Below are positions 34,296-44,296 of a stretch of 53,586 nucleotides of DNA, in pieces. The stretch is from the IMG/VR virus record IMGVR_UViG_3300044994_000102, positions 1-53,586 of that record, one strand, 5' to 3'. Under the pieces are notes generated by a model, which made no database searches, was not told the origin of the DNA, and saw only the letters and a program-made list of their open reading frames with translations. Position 1 is the first letter of the stretch; each line of letters opens with the position of its first letter. This DNA is from a virus. Lineage: Duplodnaviria > Caudoviricetes. A program made the translations under genes and the position numbers.

Positions 34296-37200
34296 GGGGG
34301 TCTCGGTACTGGATCAATCAGGGCCCGATCACGAAGGACGAGGTCCGGCGGGCGCAGGAGTTCTTCAAGAAGAAGGGCAAGCCCTTCGACCGCAACAGCG
34401 AGGCGTTCCGGAACTTCGTGTCGCGGCTCCGGAAGCGGCGCGAGATCAACCGCTACCTGAAGGGGAAGGAGCCGTCGGCGGCCGACCCGTCCGCGCCGTG
34501 GCAGGTCATCTACGGCGATCGGGTTGTCGGCGGGGCCATCACCTTCATCCATTCGAGCGGTCCGAGCGCGAATGACCCGGACAAGTACCTCCACGTCATC
34601 ATCACGCTCGCCTGCCACGAGATCAACCTCATCAAGGCCGTCTACTTCGACGGCTACCAGCTCTCGTGGGACACGGACCTGCTCACCCGCCCGACCGGCC
34701 AGGTGAACGCGCAGGGCATTTTCGACGGGCTGGTCATCATGCAGATCAACTACGGGTCGGACGGGCAGTCAGCACTCTCGGTCCCGGTCGGCCAGACCAC
34801 CGGGCACAACCCGGTCGGGGCCAAGTGGACGAGCACCGACCGCCAGCGGGGGCACGCGCACGTCTACCTCCGGCTCACCAACAACGAGAACGTGTTCAAG
34901 AACGGGACGCCGGAGATCACCTTCGCCGTGTCGGGCAAGTACAACGTGGTCGACCCGCGGACGGGCACGAACGCGCCGGGGGCGGCGAACGCCGCGATGG
35001 TGCTGTACGACTACATGACCAACACCCGGTTCGGGCTCGGGCTGCCGAGCTCGGCGTTTAATACCTCGCGCCTCCACCAAGCGATCGACGACTGCGAGAA
35101 CCTGATCCCTCTGGCCGGGGGCGGGAACGAGTACCGCTACCTCGTCGACTGCCTCATCACCACGGACGAGTCGCCCGGCGCCGTCATCGAGCAGATCCTC
35201 GCCTCCATGTGCGGGCACATGGTGTACAGCGAGGGCAAGTGGAGCATCTACGCCGGAAAGCCCCGCACCCCGGTCATGACGATCGACGAGGACATGATCC
35301 TGTCGAACGTCCGGCTGCTGACCAAGACGCCGCGGATCGACAACTTCAACACGGTCCGGGCGACCTACGTCTCTGACGCGAACGGGTACGAGGAGACCGA
35401 CGCGCCCGAGGTGCGGAACACGGCCTACATCGCGGAGGACAGCGGCGTCGTGGTGCCGGAGGACCTCACCTACCAGTACGTCACGTCAGGCAGCCGCGTG
35501 CAGCGGCTCATGAAGATCGAGCTGAACGAGGCCCGACAGGGGCGGTTCGTCGAGTTCACGGCCCGGCTTGCGGCGTACCGGATCGAGGCGGGGGAGTGGT
35601 TCCAAATGGACTTCGAGCGGTTCGGGTGGACGGGGCAGACGTTCCGCCTGGTCAGAACCCGGCTCCAGTCGGAGGCGTCGGACGACGGCCCGCCCTTGTG
35701 GACGGTGAAGATCACGGCGAAGGCGGTCGAGAACGCGACGTTCGACTGGCTCGCGGAGGAGTCGCCCGCCGACCAGTACCCGGACACGAACCTGCCGAAC
35801 CCGTTCGTGGTGCAGCCGCCGAGCGCGGTGACGCTCGCCTCGGGAACGGACCACCTCTACGTGAGGGCCGACGGCACGGTCTTCTCCCGGCTCCACGTGT
35901 CGTGGACGGCGGCCCCGGACTCGTTCGTGCTCAACGGCGGCTACTACGAGGTGCAGTACTTCGCGGCCGAGGTCATGACCGACTGGCTGCCGTTCACCGA
36001 CGTGCCGGGGAGTAGCACCAGCCTCTACATCCTCGACGTGCTCGACGAGGTCGGTTACCAGGTGCGGGTCCGGAGCGTCAACGGGCTCGGGGCCAGGAGC
36101 GCGTGGGCTACGTCGGGCGTTCACGTCGTCGTCGGCAAGACTGCGGCACCGTCCGACGTCCCGTCGTTCTCGGTGGTCGTCGAGGGCTTCGGGCTCAAGT
36201 TCTCCTGGCTCCCGGTTACCGACCCGGACGTGCGGGAGTATGAGATCCGCTACGGCCCCGCGTCCCAGGCGTGGGCCAACGCGGCCGTGCTCGCGCGGGT
36301 GCGGGCCGACCGATACTTCGCCGAGAAGCTCGCCGCCGGTGCCTTCCGTTTCCGGATCAAGGCGGTCGACACGAGCGGCAACTACTCGACGAACGAGGCG
36401 ACCGCCGACCTCACGGTGTCGGCCCCGAGCGTTCCGCGTAACGTCTCGGTCAGCCAGATCGACAACAACGTCCTCATCCGCTGGGACCCGCCCGCCACGA
36501 CGGTATTTCCGATCGCGTACTACAAGGTGAACCGCCAGACCGCGACGACCCTGACCGAGGTCGGCCGGGTGTCGGGGACGTTCTCGACTTACGTAGAGCT
36601 TCTGAACGGGAGCTACATCTACCGGGTGAACGCCGTGGACGTGGCCGGGAACGAGAGCGAGGCCGGGATCGTGTACGCGAACGTCTACTCCCCGCCCGAC
36701 TTCGTACTCCGGTCGACCGCGTCCGGGGACCTATCGACCGCGACACTCACTAACGCCGCTTACGAGGCGTCGAACTTCTCGATCGAGGCGAGCGCCAACA
36801 CGGAAGAGACGTGGGAGGACCACTTCCTCAACAACGGGTTCGAGACGTTCCAGGACTTCATCGACGACGGGTATACGTACTACTTGGAACCGCTCACCGG
36901 GACGACCGGCACCGAGACCTTCACCACCACCGAGCCGTCGGTGTGGATGCCGTTCGACACCGCCCAGACGTGGGAGAGCCACTTCACGTCGATGGGGTTC
37001 GCCACCTTCCAGGACTTCATCGACGCCGGGTACACGTACTACCTCCAGCCGAACGGGCTCCTGTCCGGCACCGTCGAGGTGGTGGTCGACATGGCCGAGG
37101 TGCTCCCGCAGACGATCGTCAACTTCGACTACGTGGCGTTCGGGAGCGGCATCCAGCCGGTGCCGACCGTCGCCTGGCGGGAGACGCCCAGCGACCCGTG

Positions 37201-37591
37201 GACGAGCGGGCAGGAGGGCGAGCGGCGGGTGACGCCGTCGAGCTACCGGTACCTGAAGCTCACCCTCGCCTACGAGCCGCTCACCGAGCTCGACTGGTGC
37301 GTGGTCACCGACGTGACCGTGAACGTGCAGGTGAAAGAGATCACCGACTCGGGCACCGTGGCGGTAAATGCCGGCGACGTGGGCGGGACGACGGTCACGT
37401 TTAACAAGCAGTTCCTCGACGTGAGTTCCATCGTGTGCACCCCTCAAGGCACGACCGAGCTTCGATGGGTGCGGGATTTTACGGACACGGTTAACCCGAC
37501 CAATTTCAAGATCCTGCTGTTCAACTCGTCCGGGGCGCGGGCGAGCGGCACGGTTTCGTGGACTGCGCGGGGAGTGCAGGCGGTGTTATAA
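34292..37591 (+). CDS. Tail tip / host specificity protein (gpJ-like) with FN3 domains
   Basis: VIYG..VGG, HEI, NAAMVLYDYM, FN3 motifs YQVRVRSVN and FRIKAVDTSGN; GTG start overlaps the upstream stop. Confidence 0.88.
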   Translation: MRGSRYWINQGPITKDEVRRAQEFFKKKGKPFDRNSEAFRNFVSRLRKRREINRYLKGKEPSAADPSAPWQVIYGDRVVGGAITFIHSSGPSANDPDKYLHVIITLACHEINLIKAVYFDGYQLSWDTDLLTRPTGQVNAQGIFDGLVIMQINYGSDGQSALSVPVGQTTGHNPVGAKWTSTDRQRGHAHVYLRLTNNENVFKNGTPEITFAVSGKYNVVDPRTGTNAPGAANAAMVLYDYMTNTRFGLGLPSSAFNTSRLHQAIDDCENLIPLAGGGNEYRYLVDCLITTDESPGAVIEQILASMCGHMVYSEGKWSIYAGKPRTPVMTIDEDMILSNVRLLTKTPRIDNFNTVRATYVSDANGYEETDAPEVRNTAYIAEDSGVVVPEDLTYQYVTSGSRVQRLMKIELNEARQGRFVEFTARLAAYRIEAGEWFQMDFERFGWTGQTFRLVRTRLQSEASDDGPPLWTVKITAKAVENATFDWLAEESPADQYPDTNLPNPFVVQPPSAVTLASGTDHLYVRADGTVFSRLHVSWTAAPDSFVLNGGYYEVQYFAAEVMTDWLPFTDVPGSSTSLYILDVLDEVGYQVRVRSVNGLGARSAWATSGVHVVVGKTAAPSDVPSFSVVVEGFGLKFSWLPVTDPDVREYEIRYGPASQAWANAAVLARVRADRYFAEKLAAGAFRFRIKAVDTSGNYSTNEATADLTVSAPSVPRNVSVSQIDNNVLIRWDPPATTVFPIAYYKVNRQTATTLTEVGRVSGTFSTYVELLNGSYIYRVNAVDVAGNESEAGIVYANVYSPPDFVLRSTASGDLSTATLTNAAYEASNFSIEASANTEETWEDHFLNNGFETFQDFIDDGYTYYLEPLTGTTGTETFTTTEPSVWMPFDTAQTWESHFTSMGFATFQDFIDAGYTYYLQPNGLLSGTVEVVVDMAEVLPQTIVNFDYVAFGSGIQPVPTVAWRETPSDPWTSGQEGERRVTPSSYRYLKLTLAYEPLTELDWCVVTDVTVNVQVKEITDSGTVAVNAGDVGGTTVTFNKQFLDVSSIVCTPQGTTELRWVRDFTDTVNPTNFKILLFNSSGARASGTVSWTARGVQAVL

Positions 37592-37603
37592 GCAAGGAGG
37601 CAT

Positions 37604-38593
37604 ATGTCGGACTTTAACCAACCCACCAACACGTCTACCTATTCGGGGATCTGGGCGATCGTGCGTGCCATGTTCGCGGCGCTCGCCAAGTGGGACTACA
37701 CCGGGGTCTCGAACGTCCCGTCGAGCGCCAAGCGGTACGACTCGAGCACGGGCAAGTTCCAGTCGTGGAACGGCTCGTCGTGGGTGGACATGAGCGTCCA
37801 CTTCGGGAACGCGGTCGGCATCGGCACCACAAGCCCGAACACCCGGCTCGAGGTCGCCAACGACACCGACGGCCAGACGGCTACCCGCACCCGGAACGGC
37901 AGCACGGGTACGTCCGCCACGGCGGTGCTCCAGCTCGGGAACAACGAGAACGCGGCCGCGGCTGGGATCACCCTGTACGGCACGAACAACACGTCCGGCG
38001 GGAACGCGGGCGGGCTGTCGATCGTGGTCGGCACCACCAAGGCGCTGGCGTTCGGCGTGGCCGGGGCCGAGAAGATGCGGCTCGACTCGAACGGTCGATT
38101 CCTCGTCGGGAAAACTGCGGTCGCCTCGGGCAACCCGGGCATCCACATGGACACGACGAGTGCCCACGTGCCGATCTCGATGAATAAGACGGCGAGCGGC
38201 AGCGTGAACGCCTTCATCTGCTCCCACAACGGAACGGCCGTCGGCGGCATCGACTTCAACAACACATCCACGTCGTTCCAGACCAGTTCCGATTACCGGC
38301 TCAAGGAGAACGTCGAGCCGCTCGCGGGCCCTTGGGTCCGGGAGCGGTTCCGCCAACTCAAGCCGAAGCGGTTCAATTTCATCGCCGACCCAGAAAAGAA
38401 AGTCGACGGGTTCATCGCTCATGAGGTGCAGGAGGTCGTCCCCAACGCCGTGTTCGGGGAGAAGGACGGGGAGCGGATGCAGTCCCTCGACCACTCGAAG
38501 CTGGTCCCGCTCCTCACCGCCGCGCTGTTGGAGGAGATGTCCCGGAACGACACCCTGGAGGCCCGTATCGCCGCCCTGGAGGCCAAGGCGTGA
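37604..38593 (+). CDS. Tail fiber with C-terminal S74 intramolecular chaperone
   Basis: VGIGTTSP, EKMRLDSNG, SSDYRLKEN, GFIAHEVQEVVP, terminal coiled coil. Confidence 0.88.
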   Translation: MSDFNQPTNTSTYSGIWAIVRAMFAALAKWDYTGVSNVPSSAKRYDSSTGKFQSWNGSSWVDMSVHFGNAVGIGTTSPNTRLEVANDTDGQTATRTRNGSTGTSATAVLQLGNNENAAAAGITLYGTNNTSGGNAGGLSIVVGTTKALAFGVAGAEKMRLDSNGRFLVGKTAVASGNPGIHMDTTSAHVPISMNKTASGSVNAFICSHNGTAVGGIDFNNTSTSFQTSSDYRLKENVEPLAGPWVRERFRQLKPKRFNFIADPEKKVDGFIAHEVQEVVPNAVFGEKDGERMQSLDHSKLVPLLTAALLEEMSRNDTLEARIAALEAKA

Positions 38594-38874
38594 AGACCGT
38601 CCGCATCGCCATGAGCGGCCCGGGCGAGGTGGTCGACACCTGCCTCGACGCCTTCGTCCGGCTACACGGCTGGACGGACACCGTGGGGGGCGAGCCGAAC
38701 CCGGTGAGCCAGGCCGAGAAGGCCCGCCGGGTGCTGTTCGCCTACATCCTCGACTCGGTCAAGTTCTACCAGCGGCAGCAGGCGGAGGCGGCGGCCATCG
38801 CGGCGGCGCACGCGGCCGTGGAGCAGCTCGTGCCGCTCACCTCTCTCACGCTCGAAGTCGAGACTGGAGAGTAG
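38590..38874 (+). CDS. Hypothetical protein (possible fiber assembly factor)
   Basis: GTGA-coupled to the tail fiber. Confidence 0.6.
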   Translation: MKTVRIAMSGPGEVVDTCLDAFVRLHGWTDTVGGEPNPVSQAEKARRVLFAYILDSVKFYQRQQAEAAAIAAAHAAVEQLVPLTSLTLEVETGE

Positions 38875-38918
38875 CCGGTAGCGCCCTGAGCCCGCCTGCG
38901 GCACACTGAACCCAGACT

Positions 38919-39269
38919 ATGGCGGCCGGTGTATACGATTTCACCATTGATAAGGGCGAGAAGTTCACCCGTACCCTCACGTGGCGCGATGAGAACGACA
39001 ACGCGATCAACCTGACCGGGTGGACCGCCCGGATGCAGATCCGGCGGACGCACTACGACGACCCTCCCCTCGTCGAGCTCACGACCGCGAACGGCCGGAT
39101 CGCCCTCGGCGGCACGGCCGGCACCATCACCCTGACTATCGCAGCGGACCTCACCACGGCGATCACCGTCTCGTCCGGCGTGTACGACCTGGAACTCGTG
39201 AACCCTTCCAGCGAACCCACCCGGCTGCTGAAGGGGACCATCACGTTCACACCCGAGGTGACCCGATGA
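38919..39269 (+). CDS. Virion-associated Ig-like/adaptor protein
   Basis: INLTGWTARMQIR, YDLEL, RLLKG..PEVTR. Confidence 0.65.
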   Translation: MAAGVYDFTIDKGEKFTRTLTWRDENDNAINLTGWTARMQIRRTHYDDPPLVELTTANGRIALGGTAGTITLTIAADLTTAITVSSGVYDLELVNPSSEPTRLLKGTITFTPEVTR

Positions 39270-39778
39270 CCACCACAGTCACCGTCACCGAGGTCGTTCA
39301 GTCCGTCACGGTCGAGGAGACCGATACCACGGTCGAAATCGTCGAGGAGACCGTTTCGGTCGTCACCGTTGGCACCCAAGGCCCGCAGGGGCCAGCCGGA
39401 CCGCAAGGGCCGAGCGGGGTGCAGACGGCCACCGGGACGGCGGGTGAAACGCTGTCGGCGCTCCGCATCGTCTACGCTGACCCGGCCACCGGAAAGGTGC
39501 GGTACGCGGACAAGGATTCCGTCTCGCACGCGGGGCGAGTTCTCGGCCTCACCCTCGGCGCGGCCGCGCTCGACGCCGACGTCTCGATCCAGACGCTCGG
39601 GCCGGTCGAGGACTCGGGGTGGAGTTGGAGCACCGGCAGCGACCCCACCCTGTTCGTGGGCGACAACGGCGCTCTGGTGCAAGGGACGCCCCCCGCCGGC
39701 TCGTTCGTGCTCCCGGTCGGGTTCGTCATGTCGGCGACCAAGGCGTTTATCCGGATCGGGACACCAGTTTTCAATTAG
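39266..39778 (+). CDS. Virion-associated protein with a short collagen repeat
   Basis: GTQGPQGPAGPQGPSG then AGETLSALR; ATGA coupling. Confidence 0.65.
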   Translation: MTTTVTVTEVVQSVTVEETDTTVEIVEETVSVVTVGTQGPQGPAGPQGPSGVQTATGTAGETLSALRIVYADPATGKVRYADKDSVSHAGRVLGLTLGAAALDADVSIQTLGPVEDSGWSWSTGSDPTLFVGDNGALVQGTPPAGSFVLPVGFVMSATKAFIRIGTPVFN

Positions 39779-39787
39779 CGGAGGACT

Positions 39788-40294
39788 ATGGCGGATAAGT
39801 ACATCAAATTGAGCAACGGCCAACTGGCCGAACAGGAGGCGAAGGTATCGAGCGCCGGGGCGGGCGACGCGGGGAAGATCGTGGCGCTCGACGGAAGCGG
39901 GAGGCTTGACAATTCGGTGATGCCGGTCGGCATCGGTGCCGACACGGCCTCGATCGAGGCGTCGGAGAACCTCTCGGCGGGCGACTTCGTCAACCTCCAC
40001 GACTCGAGCGGCCCCAAGGTCCGGAAGGCGGACGCGTCGAACGGCCGCCGCGCCGACGGGTTCGTACTCGCCAGCGTCACGTCCGGGCAGAACGCGACCG
40101 TCTACTTCGAGGGGTCGAACACCGGGCTCTCCTCGCTCACGGTCGGGGCCACGTACTACCTCTCCGGGTCCTCGCCGGGCGCCGCGACGGCCACGGCGCC
40201 GTCCACGTCCGGGCACATCGTCCAGGAGCTCGGCCGGTCCCGAAGCGCGACCGCCATCTCGTTCGAACCGGGCCAGCCGATCACGCTGGCGTAG
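39788..40294 (+). CDS. Virion-associated beta-rich protein
   Basis: ASENLSAGDFVN, GLSSLTVGATYYLS; GAGGA RBS. Confidence 0.65.
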   Translation: MADKYIKLSNGQLAEQEAKVSSAGAGDAGKIVALDGSGRLDNSVMPVGIGADTASIEASENLSAGDFVNLHDSSGPKVRKADASNGRRADGFVLASVTSGQNATVYFEGSNTGLSSLTVGATYYLSGSSPGAATATAPSTSGHIVQELGRSRSATAISFEPGQPITLA

Positions 40295-40297
40295 CCG

Positions 40298-40876
40298 ATG
40301 GCCGAGCGCAGGCCGCTGGTCCTGGTCAGCGGCGAGGTCAAAGAGCTGCCGGCCGGGGACACGCTACCCGGTGCGTCGGGTAAGGGGCGGGTGCACGTCA
40401 TCAAGGCGATGCCGCCGGCGACGGCGTACGCCACCTTCGACTCTCGCGCCGGGGGCTCGACGCCCGCGGAGTCCGTCGAGGTGATCGACTTCGACGCCTC
40501 ATCGACGGAGTACATGGACTTCCTCTGCCGGCTCGAGAACTACTCGGGCGGTGGTCTCACCTTCACTCTGCCCTGGAGCGCGACCTCGGCGACGTCGGGC
40601 GGGGTCCGGTGGGAGGTAGCGATTCGCCGCCTGGAGGACGACGCCGACGACGTCGACACGGCACACACCTACGACTTTAACGGGGTGACCGACACCGCGG
40701 CGTCCGCTTCCGGAGAAGTGGTCTACGCCACCGTCACCTTCGCCGACGGGGCCGACATGGACTCCTGGGCGGACGGCGAGCTCGCCATCGTCCGGGTTCG
40801 CCGGAAGCACGACCACGCCGGCGACGACATGACCGGCGACGCCGAGCTCTGGTGGATCCGCGGCCAGGAGACGTAG
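40298..40876 (+). CDS. Hypothetical structural protein
   Basis: 192 aa acidic beta-rich ORF in the late operon. Confidence 0.6.
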   Translation: MAERRPLVLVSGEVKELPAGDTLPGASGKGRVHVIKAMPPATAYATFDSRAGGSTPAESVEVIDFDASSTEYMDFLCRLENYSGGGLTFTLPWSATSATSGGVRWEVAIRRLEDDADDVDTAHTYDFNGVTDTAASASGEVVYATVTFADGADMDSWADGELAIVRVRRKHDHAGDDMTGDAELWWIRGQET

Positions 40877-40878
40877 CC

Positions 40879-41514
40879 GTGGGCGCGCTTCTGGTATCCG
40901 CGTCGAGCCAGTACCTCGAGGTCGCCTCGGCCCTCGTGAGCGGCCCGCCGTTCTCGTTCGGGTGCTGGATCCGCCTCACGACGGTCGGCTCGGCGATGAC
41001 CGTGTTCGCGCTGGCGACGTCCGGAAGCGGCAACCACCACTTCAAGCTCGACGTGTCGGCCGCGAACACCATCCGCTTCCGCGCCCGGGACACGGGCAGT
41101 ACGGACGCCATCACGTCAGGCACGGTGTCGGCCTCCACCTGGTACTTCATCGGCTGCCGGGCGGTGGCGAACAACGATCGGTCGGTGTTCCTCGGGACTG
41201 CGAAGACGAACAGCACCGGCACACGGAACCCGACCGGGATGAACCGCACGTCGCTCGGCCGGAGCGCGGAGTCGAGCGGCACGGCGTACATGAATGGCAC
41301 CATCGCATACCCGGGCCTCTGGGACGTCGCCCTGTCCGACTCCGACTTCGCCCAGCTCGCGCGCGGCACGCACCCGCTCCGCGTCCGGCCGGATGGGCTG
41401 GTTGAGATGTGGCCGCTGCTCGGGGTCTCGCCCGAGATCGGCATCGTCGGCCGGAACGAGCTTTCGGTGACCGGGGCAACGAAGGGCGAGAACGTCCGCA
41501 TCTTCCTACCCTGA
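40879..41514 (+). CDS. LamG/concanavalin-like domain protein
   Basis: FSFGCWI, TWYFI, MNGTIA..LWDVALS. Confidence 0.7.
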   Translation: MGALLVSASSQYLEVASALVSGPPFSFGCWIRLTTVGSAMTVFALATSGSGNHHFKLDVSAANTIRFRARDTGSTDAITSGTVSASTWYFIGCRAVANNDRSVFLGTAKTNSTGTRNPTGMNRTSLGRSAESSGTAYMNGTIAYPGLWDVALSDSDFAQLARGTHPLRVRPDGLVEMWPLLGVSPEIGIVGRNELSVTGATKGENVRIFLP

Positions 41515-41568
41515 CGGCCGTCATTTCGCCCGGTGCGGCCCCGATCCGGCCGGTGGTAATCTGCGTGC

Positions 41569-41826
41569 ATGGGCGCCGGCATACCGATGGAACTCTTTCA
41601 GTGGGTCGTGGGCGGTATGTTCGGCCTGCTGGTTACCGTCGGCGGGTTCTTCTTCAAGCAGATCGCGACCCGCCTCGACGGCATCGAGCGCGACCTGTCC
41701 CGGCGGAACGAGCGCATCAGCGTAGTGGAGTCCCAGCTCGATAACTTCAACCGCCGACTCGACCGCATCGAGGTCAAGCTCGACTTAATCATCGAAAGCC
41801 GCTTTTCCGCAAAAAAACCCGACTGA
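41569..41826 (+). CDS. Holin-like / XhlA-like membrane protein
   Basis: One TM segment plus coiled coil, directly before the endolysin. Confidence 0.55.
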   Translation: MGAGIPMELFQWVVGGMFGLLVTVGGFFFKQIATRLDGIERDLSRRNERISVVESQLDNFNRRLDRIEVKLDLIIESRFSAKKPD

Positions 41827-41835
41827 CGGAGGCGC

Positions 41836-42330
41836 ATGGACTACCGCGAGAAGTACCAGAAAATGCTGATCCGCGATGAGGACTTGCGGCTGAAAGCTTA
41901 CAAGTGTCCTGCCGGGTACTGGACTCTCGGGGTCGGGCGGAACATCCAGGCCCGCGGCGTCACCGGCCTAAAGCTCTTGTACTACCGCACCGTCGGCATC
42001 ACCCGCGAGGAGGCGATGAAGTGGCTCGACGAGGACGTTGCCACCGCCGAACGGGACTGCTCTCACGTCTTCGGTGACGCCTTGTTCGACTCATGGTCCG
42101 AGAACCGGCGGCTCGGGTGGGTGAACTTCCTGTTCAACCTCGGGCGGGACCGGGCTTTGAGTTTTCGCAACACTCTCCAGGCCGCCCGCGAGCAGCGATG
42201 GGCTCGGGTCGAATTAGGACTGAAACAATCTCTCTGGTATCGCCAGGTGGGGCCGAAGCGCCCGAAACACGACAACCGCGCCGACCGCGTCATCGCCATG
42301 ATCTGTCACGAGGAGTTCCCGTATGGGTGA
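41836..42330 (+). CDS. Endolysin, T4 lysozyme-like (GH24)
   Basis: DEDLRLKAYKCPAGYWTLGVGRN, FNLG, SLWYRQV. Confidence 0.88.
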   Translation: MDYREKYQKMLIRDEDLRLKAYKCPAGYWTLGVGRNIQARGVTGLKLLYYRTVGITREEAMKWLDEDVATAERDCSHVFGDALFDSWSENRRLGWVNFLFNLGRDRALSFRNTLQAAREQRWARVELGLKQSLWYRQVGPKRPKHDNRADRVIAMICHEEFPYG

Positions 42331-43156
42331 CCTCCTCCGCTGGTTCATCGTCGGCGTGGCGTGTGGGCTTGGTCTGCTCACCGGCATCGTATTGTCTCAG
42401 GAGAACAACTTCGGCGCGTCCTACATTGGGTTTTGTCACCGCCTGTGGCCGTGCCGGCAGTCGCTCGCGGTGTTCGAAGATGTCCCGGTGAAGCGGCTCG
42501 GGTTCCTGGCGCCGCCCACGTTCGGGAAGACCTGCCCCTGCTACAAGCGGTTCCAGAAACTCCCCGGCCCGAAGTTCGTGCGGGTGACACTGGCGAACGG
42601 GACGTGTTTCCCGGAGCGGGGGCGCGTGTGCGGCAAGGGCGAGCTGTTCGAGGGCGAGTCCATCGCCTCGGCGGATCGAAAACTCCGCCGTCGAAACCCC
42701 GGCCTGTTGCGCCGATATCGGCGGAACGCCCAGCGGGTGAGGGCCATCCTCGCCGGGCCTTCCGATACCATCGAGCGGCTGGCCCTATGCCTCGAATGCC
42801 CGGTGTCGGGGCCGGCCCGCAGGGCATTGCTCATTACGGCACGGGAGGTGTTTCCGGACGGCGTGTTCGTCGATTCGGTCCTGACCCAGAGGTGTCTGCC
42901 TGACCTCATCTGCGAGAAGCACGGGGCCGCCCCGAGGCTCTCGCCGCCGTGCATTGCCGACACGGACGGGGACGATTTCCTGAGCATCGACGTGGGCAAG
43001 TTCCGCAGCCTCACGGCGACGTGCGGTGCGGGGTTCTTATGGACCCGGCGCTTCAACCTGTTGGACGCCTCCGGTCGGTTCATCCCTCCCACCAAACGGA
43101 CCACGCGGCCCACGGCCGCGGACTTCACGGCGCTATGGTACTGGCTGCGCGACTAG
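42323..43156 (+). CDS. Cys-rich membrane-anchored/secreted hypothetical protein
   Basis: N-terminal hydrophobic segment; overlaps the endolysin stop. Confidence 0.6.
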   Translation: MGDLLRWFIVGVACGLGLLTGIVLSQENNFGASYIGFCHRLWPCRQSLAVFEDVPVKRLGFLAPPTFGKTCPCYKRFQKLPGPKFVRVTLANGTCFPERGRVCGKGELFEGESIASADRKLRRRNPGLLRRYRRNAQRVRAILAGPSDTIERLALCLECPVSGPARRALLITAREVFPDGVFVDSVLTQRCLPDLICEKHGAAPRLSPPCIADTDGDDFLSIDVGKFRSLTATCGAGFLWTRRFNLLDASGRFIPPTKRTTRPTAADFTALWYWLRD

Positions 43157-43329
43157 CGATCGTCGCGGCCCTGGCCCTCTCCGGCTGCTCCGTGCTGTCG
43201 GCTACGGCGTGGTCGGGCGACGCCCGGAAGTGCGAGCACGGCACGGAGCGGACGCACCCGAACGGGTACTGGGCGGTCCAGTGCCGTGACGGAAAAGGGG
43301 TGCTGCTGTGGGCGGTGTGGCAGTGGTAG
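43135..43329 (+). CDS. Small lipoprotein
   Basis: Lipobox LALSGC. Confidence 0.5.
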   Translation: MVLAARLAIVAALALSGCSVLSATAWSGDARKCEHGTERTHPNGYWAVQCRDGKGVLLWAVWQW

Positions 43330-43379
43330 ACTCGGGAGAAATGAGGCCAGGCTTTTACAACGTCCGCGCACGGAGGGTC

Positions 43380-43625
43380 ATGGAAGCAGAGAAGAAACCG
43401 GCAGTGAAATCGTGGAGCATCTGGGGGAGTGTGCTGCAGGTCATTCCGTTCATCTACCTGCTCGAGAAGGGGCTCGATTTGCCGAGCGGGGTCGTCGATC
43501 AACTCATCGCCAAGGGGAACGAGCTCTACATCGCCGGCGTGGCCTTCGTCGGACTCGTGCTCCAGGTCTGGGGCCGGCTCCGCGCGAACAGCCAGATCTC
43601 CGGCCTGTTCAAGGTCAAAGAGTAG
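43380..43625 (+). CDS. Holin-like membrane protein
   Basis: KSWSIWG motif, two TM segments, GGAGG RBS. Confidence 0.6.
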   Translation: MEAEKKPAVKSWSIWGSVLQVIPFIYLLEKGLDLPSGVVDQLIAKGNELYIAGVAFVGLVLQVWGRLRANSQISGLFKVKE

Positions 43626-43665
43626 CTTCAGGCCGCTTAAACCTAGAAAGAAATATCTCAACCAG

Positions 43666-43689
43666 AGCGGGCACCTAGCCCGCTTTTTT
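43666..43689 (+). terminator. Rho-independent terminator ending the late operon
   Basis: AGCGGGC-ACCTA-GCCCGC followed by T6. Confidence 0.8.
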
Positions 43690-43792
43690 ATTGCCCCGTC
43701 GAAAGTTGTTGAGCCATCTTTCAATGTGTCCGAATCTTATCCCCTGAAACCGGTGAGCACTGAAGCGCACCGAACGAAATGTGGAGGGACCA

Positions 43793-44014
43793 ATGGGAAA
43801 TAGTGCGGAAGCGGCGAAGTACCGACTCAGGCGGCTCAGCCTGAGCGAGTGGAAGGACCGCGTCGACGAGATGCTCGCGTTCGGCGGCTACCGGATCGGG
43901 AACTTTCCCGACACGCCGTGGGAGAGCTACTACAACGCCGGGCTGTCCGCCGGCCGCGTGGCCGAGGTGATCATCGGCTGCGTGAAAGGCGCGGAGCGGA
44001 AGGGTTCGAAGTAA
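43793..44014 (+). CDS. Hypothetical protein
   Basis: GGAGG RBS; FPDTPWESYYNAGLS. Confidence 0.6.
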   Translation: MGNSAEAAKYRLRRLSLSEWKDRVDEMLAFGGYRIGNFPDTPWESYYNAGLSAGRVAEVIIGCVKGAERKGSK

Positions 44015-44031
44015 CGGTTAACGTCTAGAAA

Positions 44032-44241
44032 ATGGCAAGGCAGGTTATGAAACAGGAAGCAGGGTGGATCGTTTTCGGGTTGTTTCTCGGGCTGATCGCG
44101 TTCGCGACTACGGGGTGTTCGTTTCAGGTGGAGGTCGGGTACCACGGGCAGACCGGGAGGGACGACAGAACCCAGACGCAGCTCGTGAGGGGCAGTGACC
44201 GCGGCGCCGTTCGGCCGGTGAAGGACGACGAGCGGTACTGA
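44032..44241 (+). CDS. Small lipoprotein
   Basis: Hydrophobic segment ending in TTGC. Confidence 0.55.
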   Translation: MARQVMKQEAGWIVFGLFLGLIAFATTGCSFQVEVGYHGQTGRDDRTQTQLVRGSDRGAVRPVKDDERY

Positions 44242-44258
44242 TACAGGGGCGATATGGC

Positions 44259-44281
44259 GGCGGGCTTCGGCCCGCCTTTTT
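44259..44281 (+). terminator. Rho-independent terminator
   Basis: GGCGGGC-TTCG-GCCCGCC-TTTTT. Confidence 0.8.
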
Positions 44282-44296
44282 CATGCGCGGAGGGAC

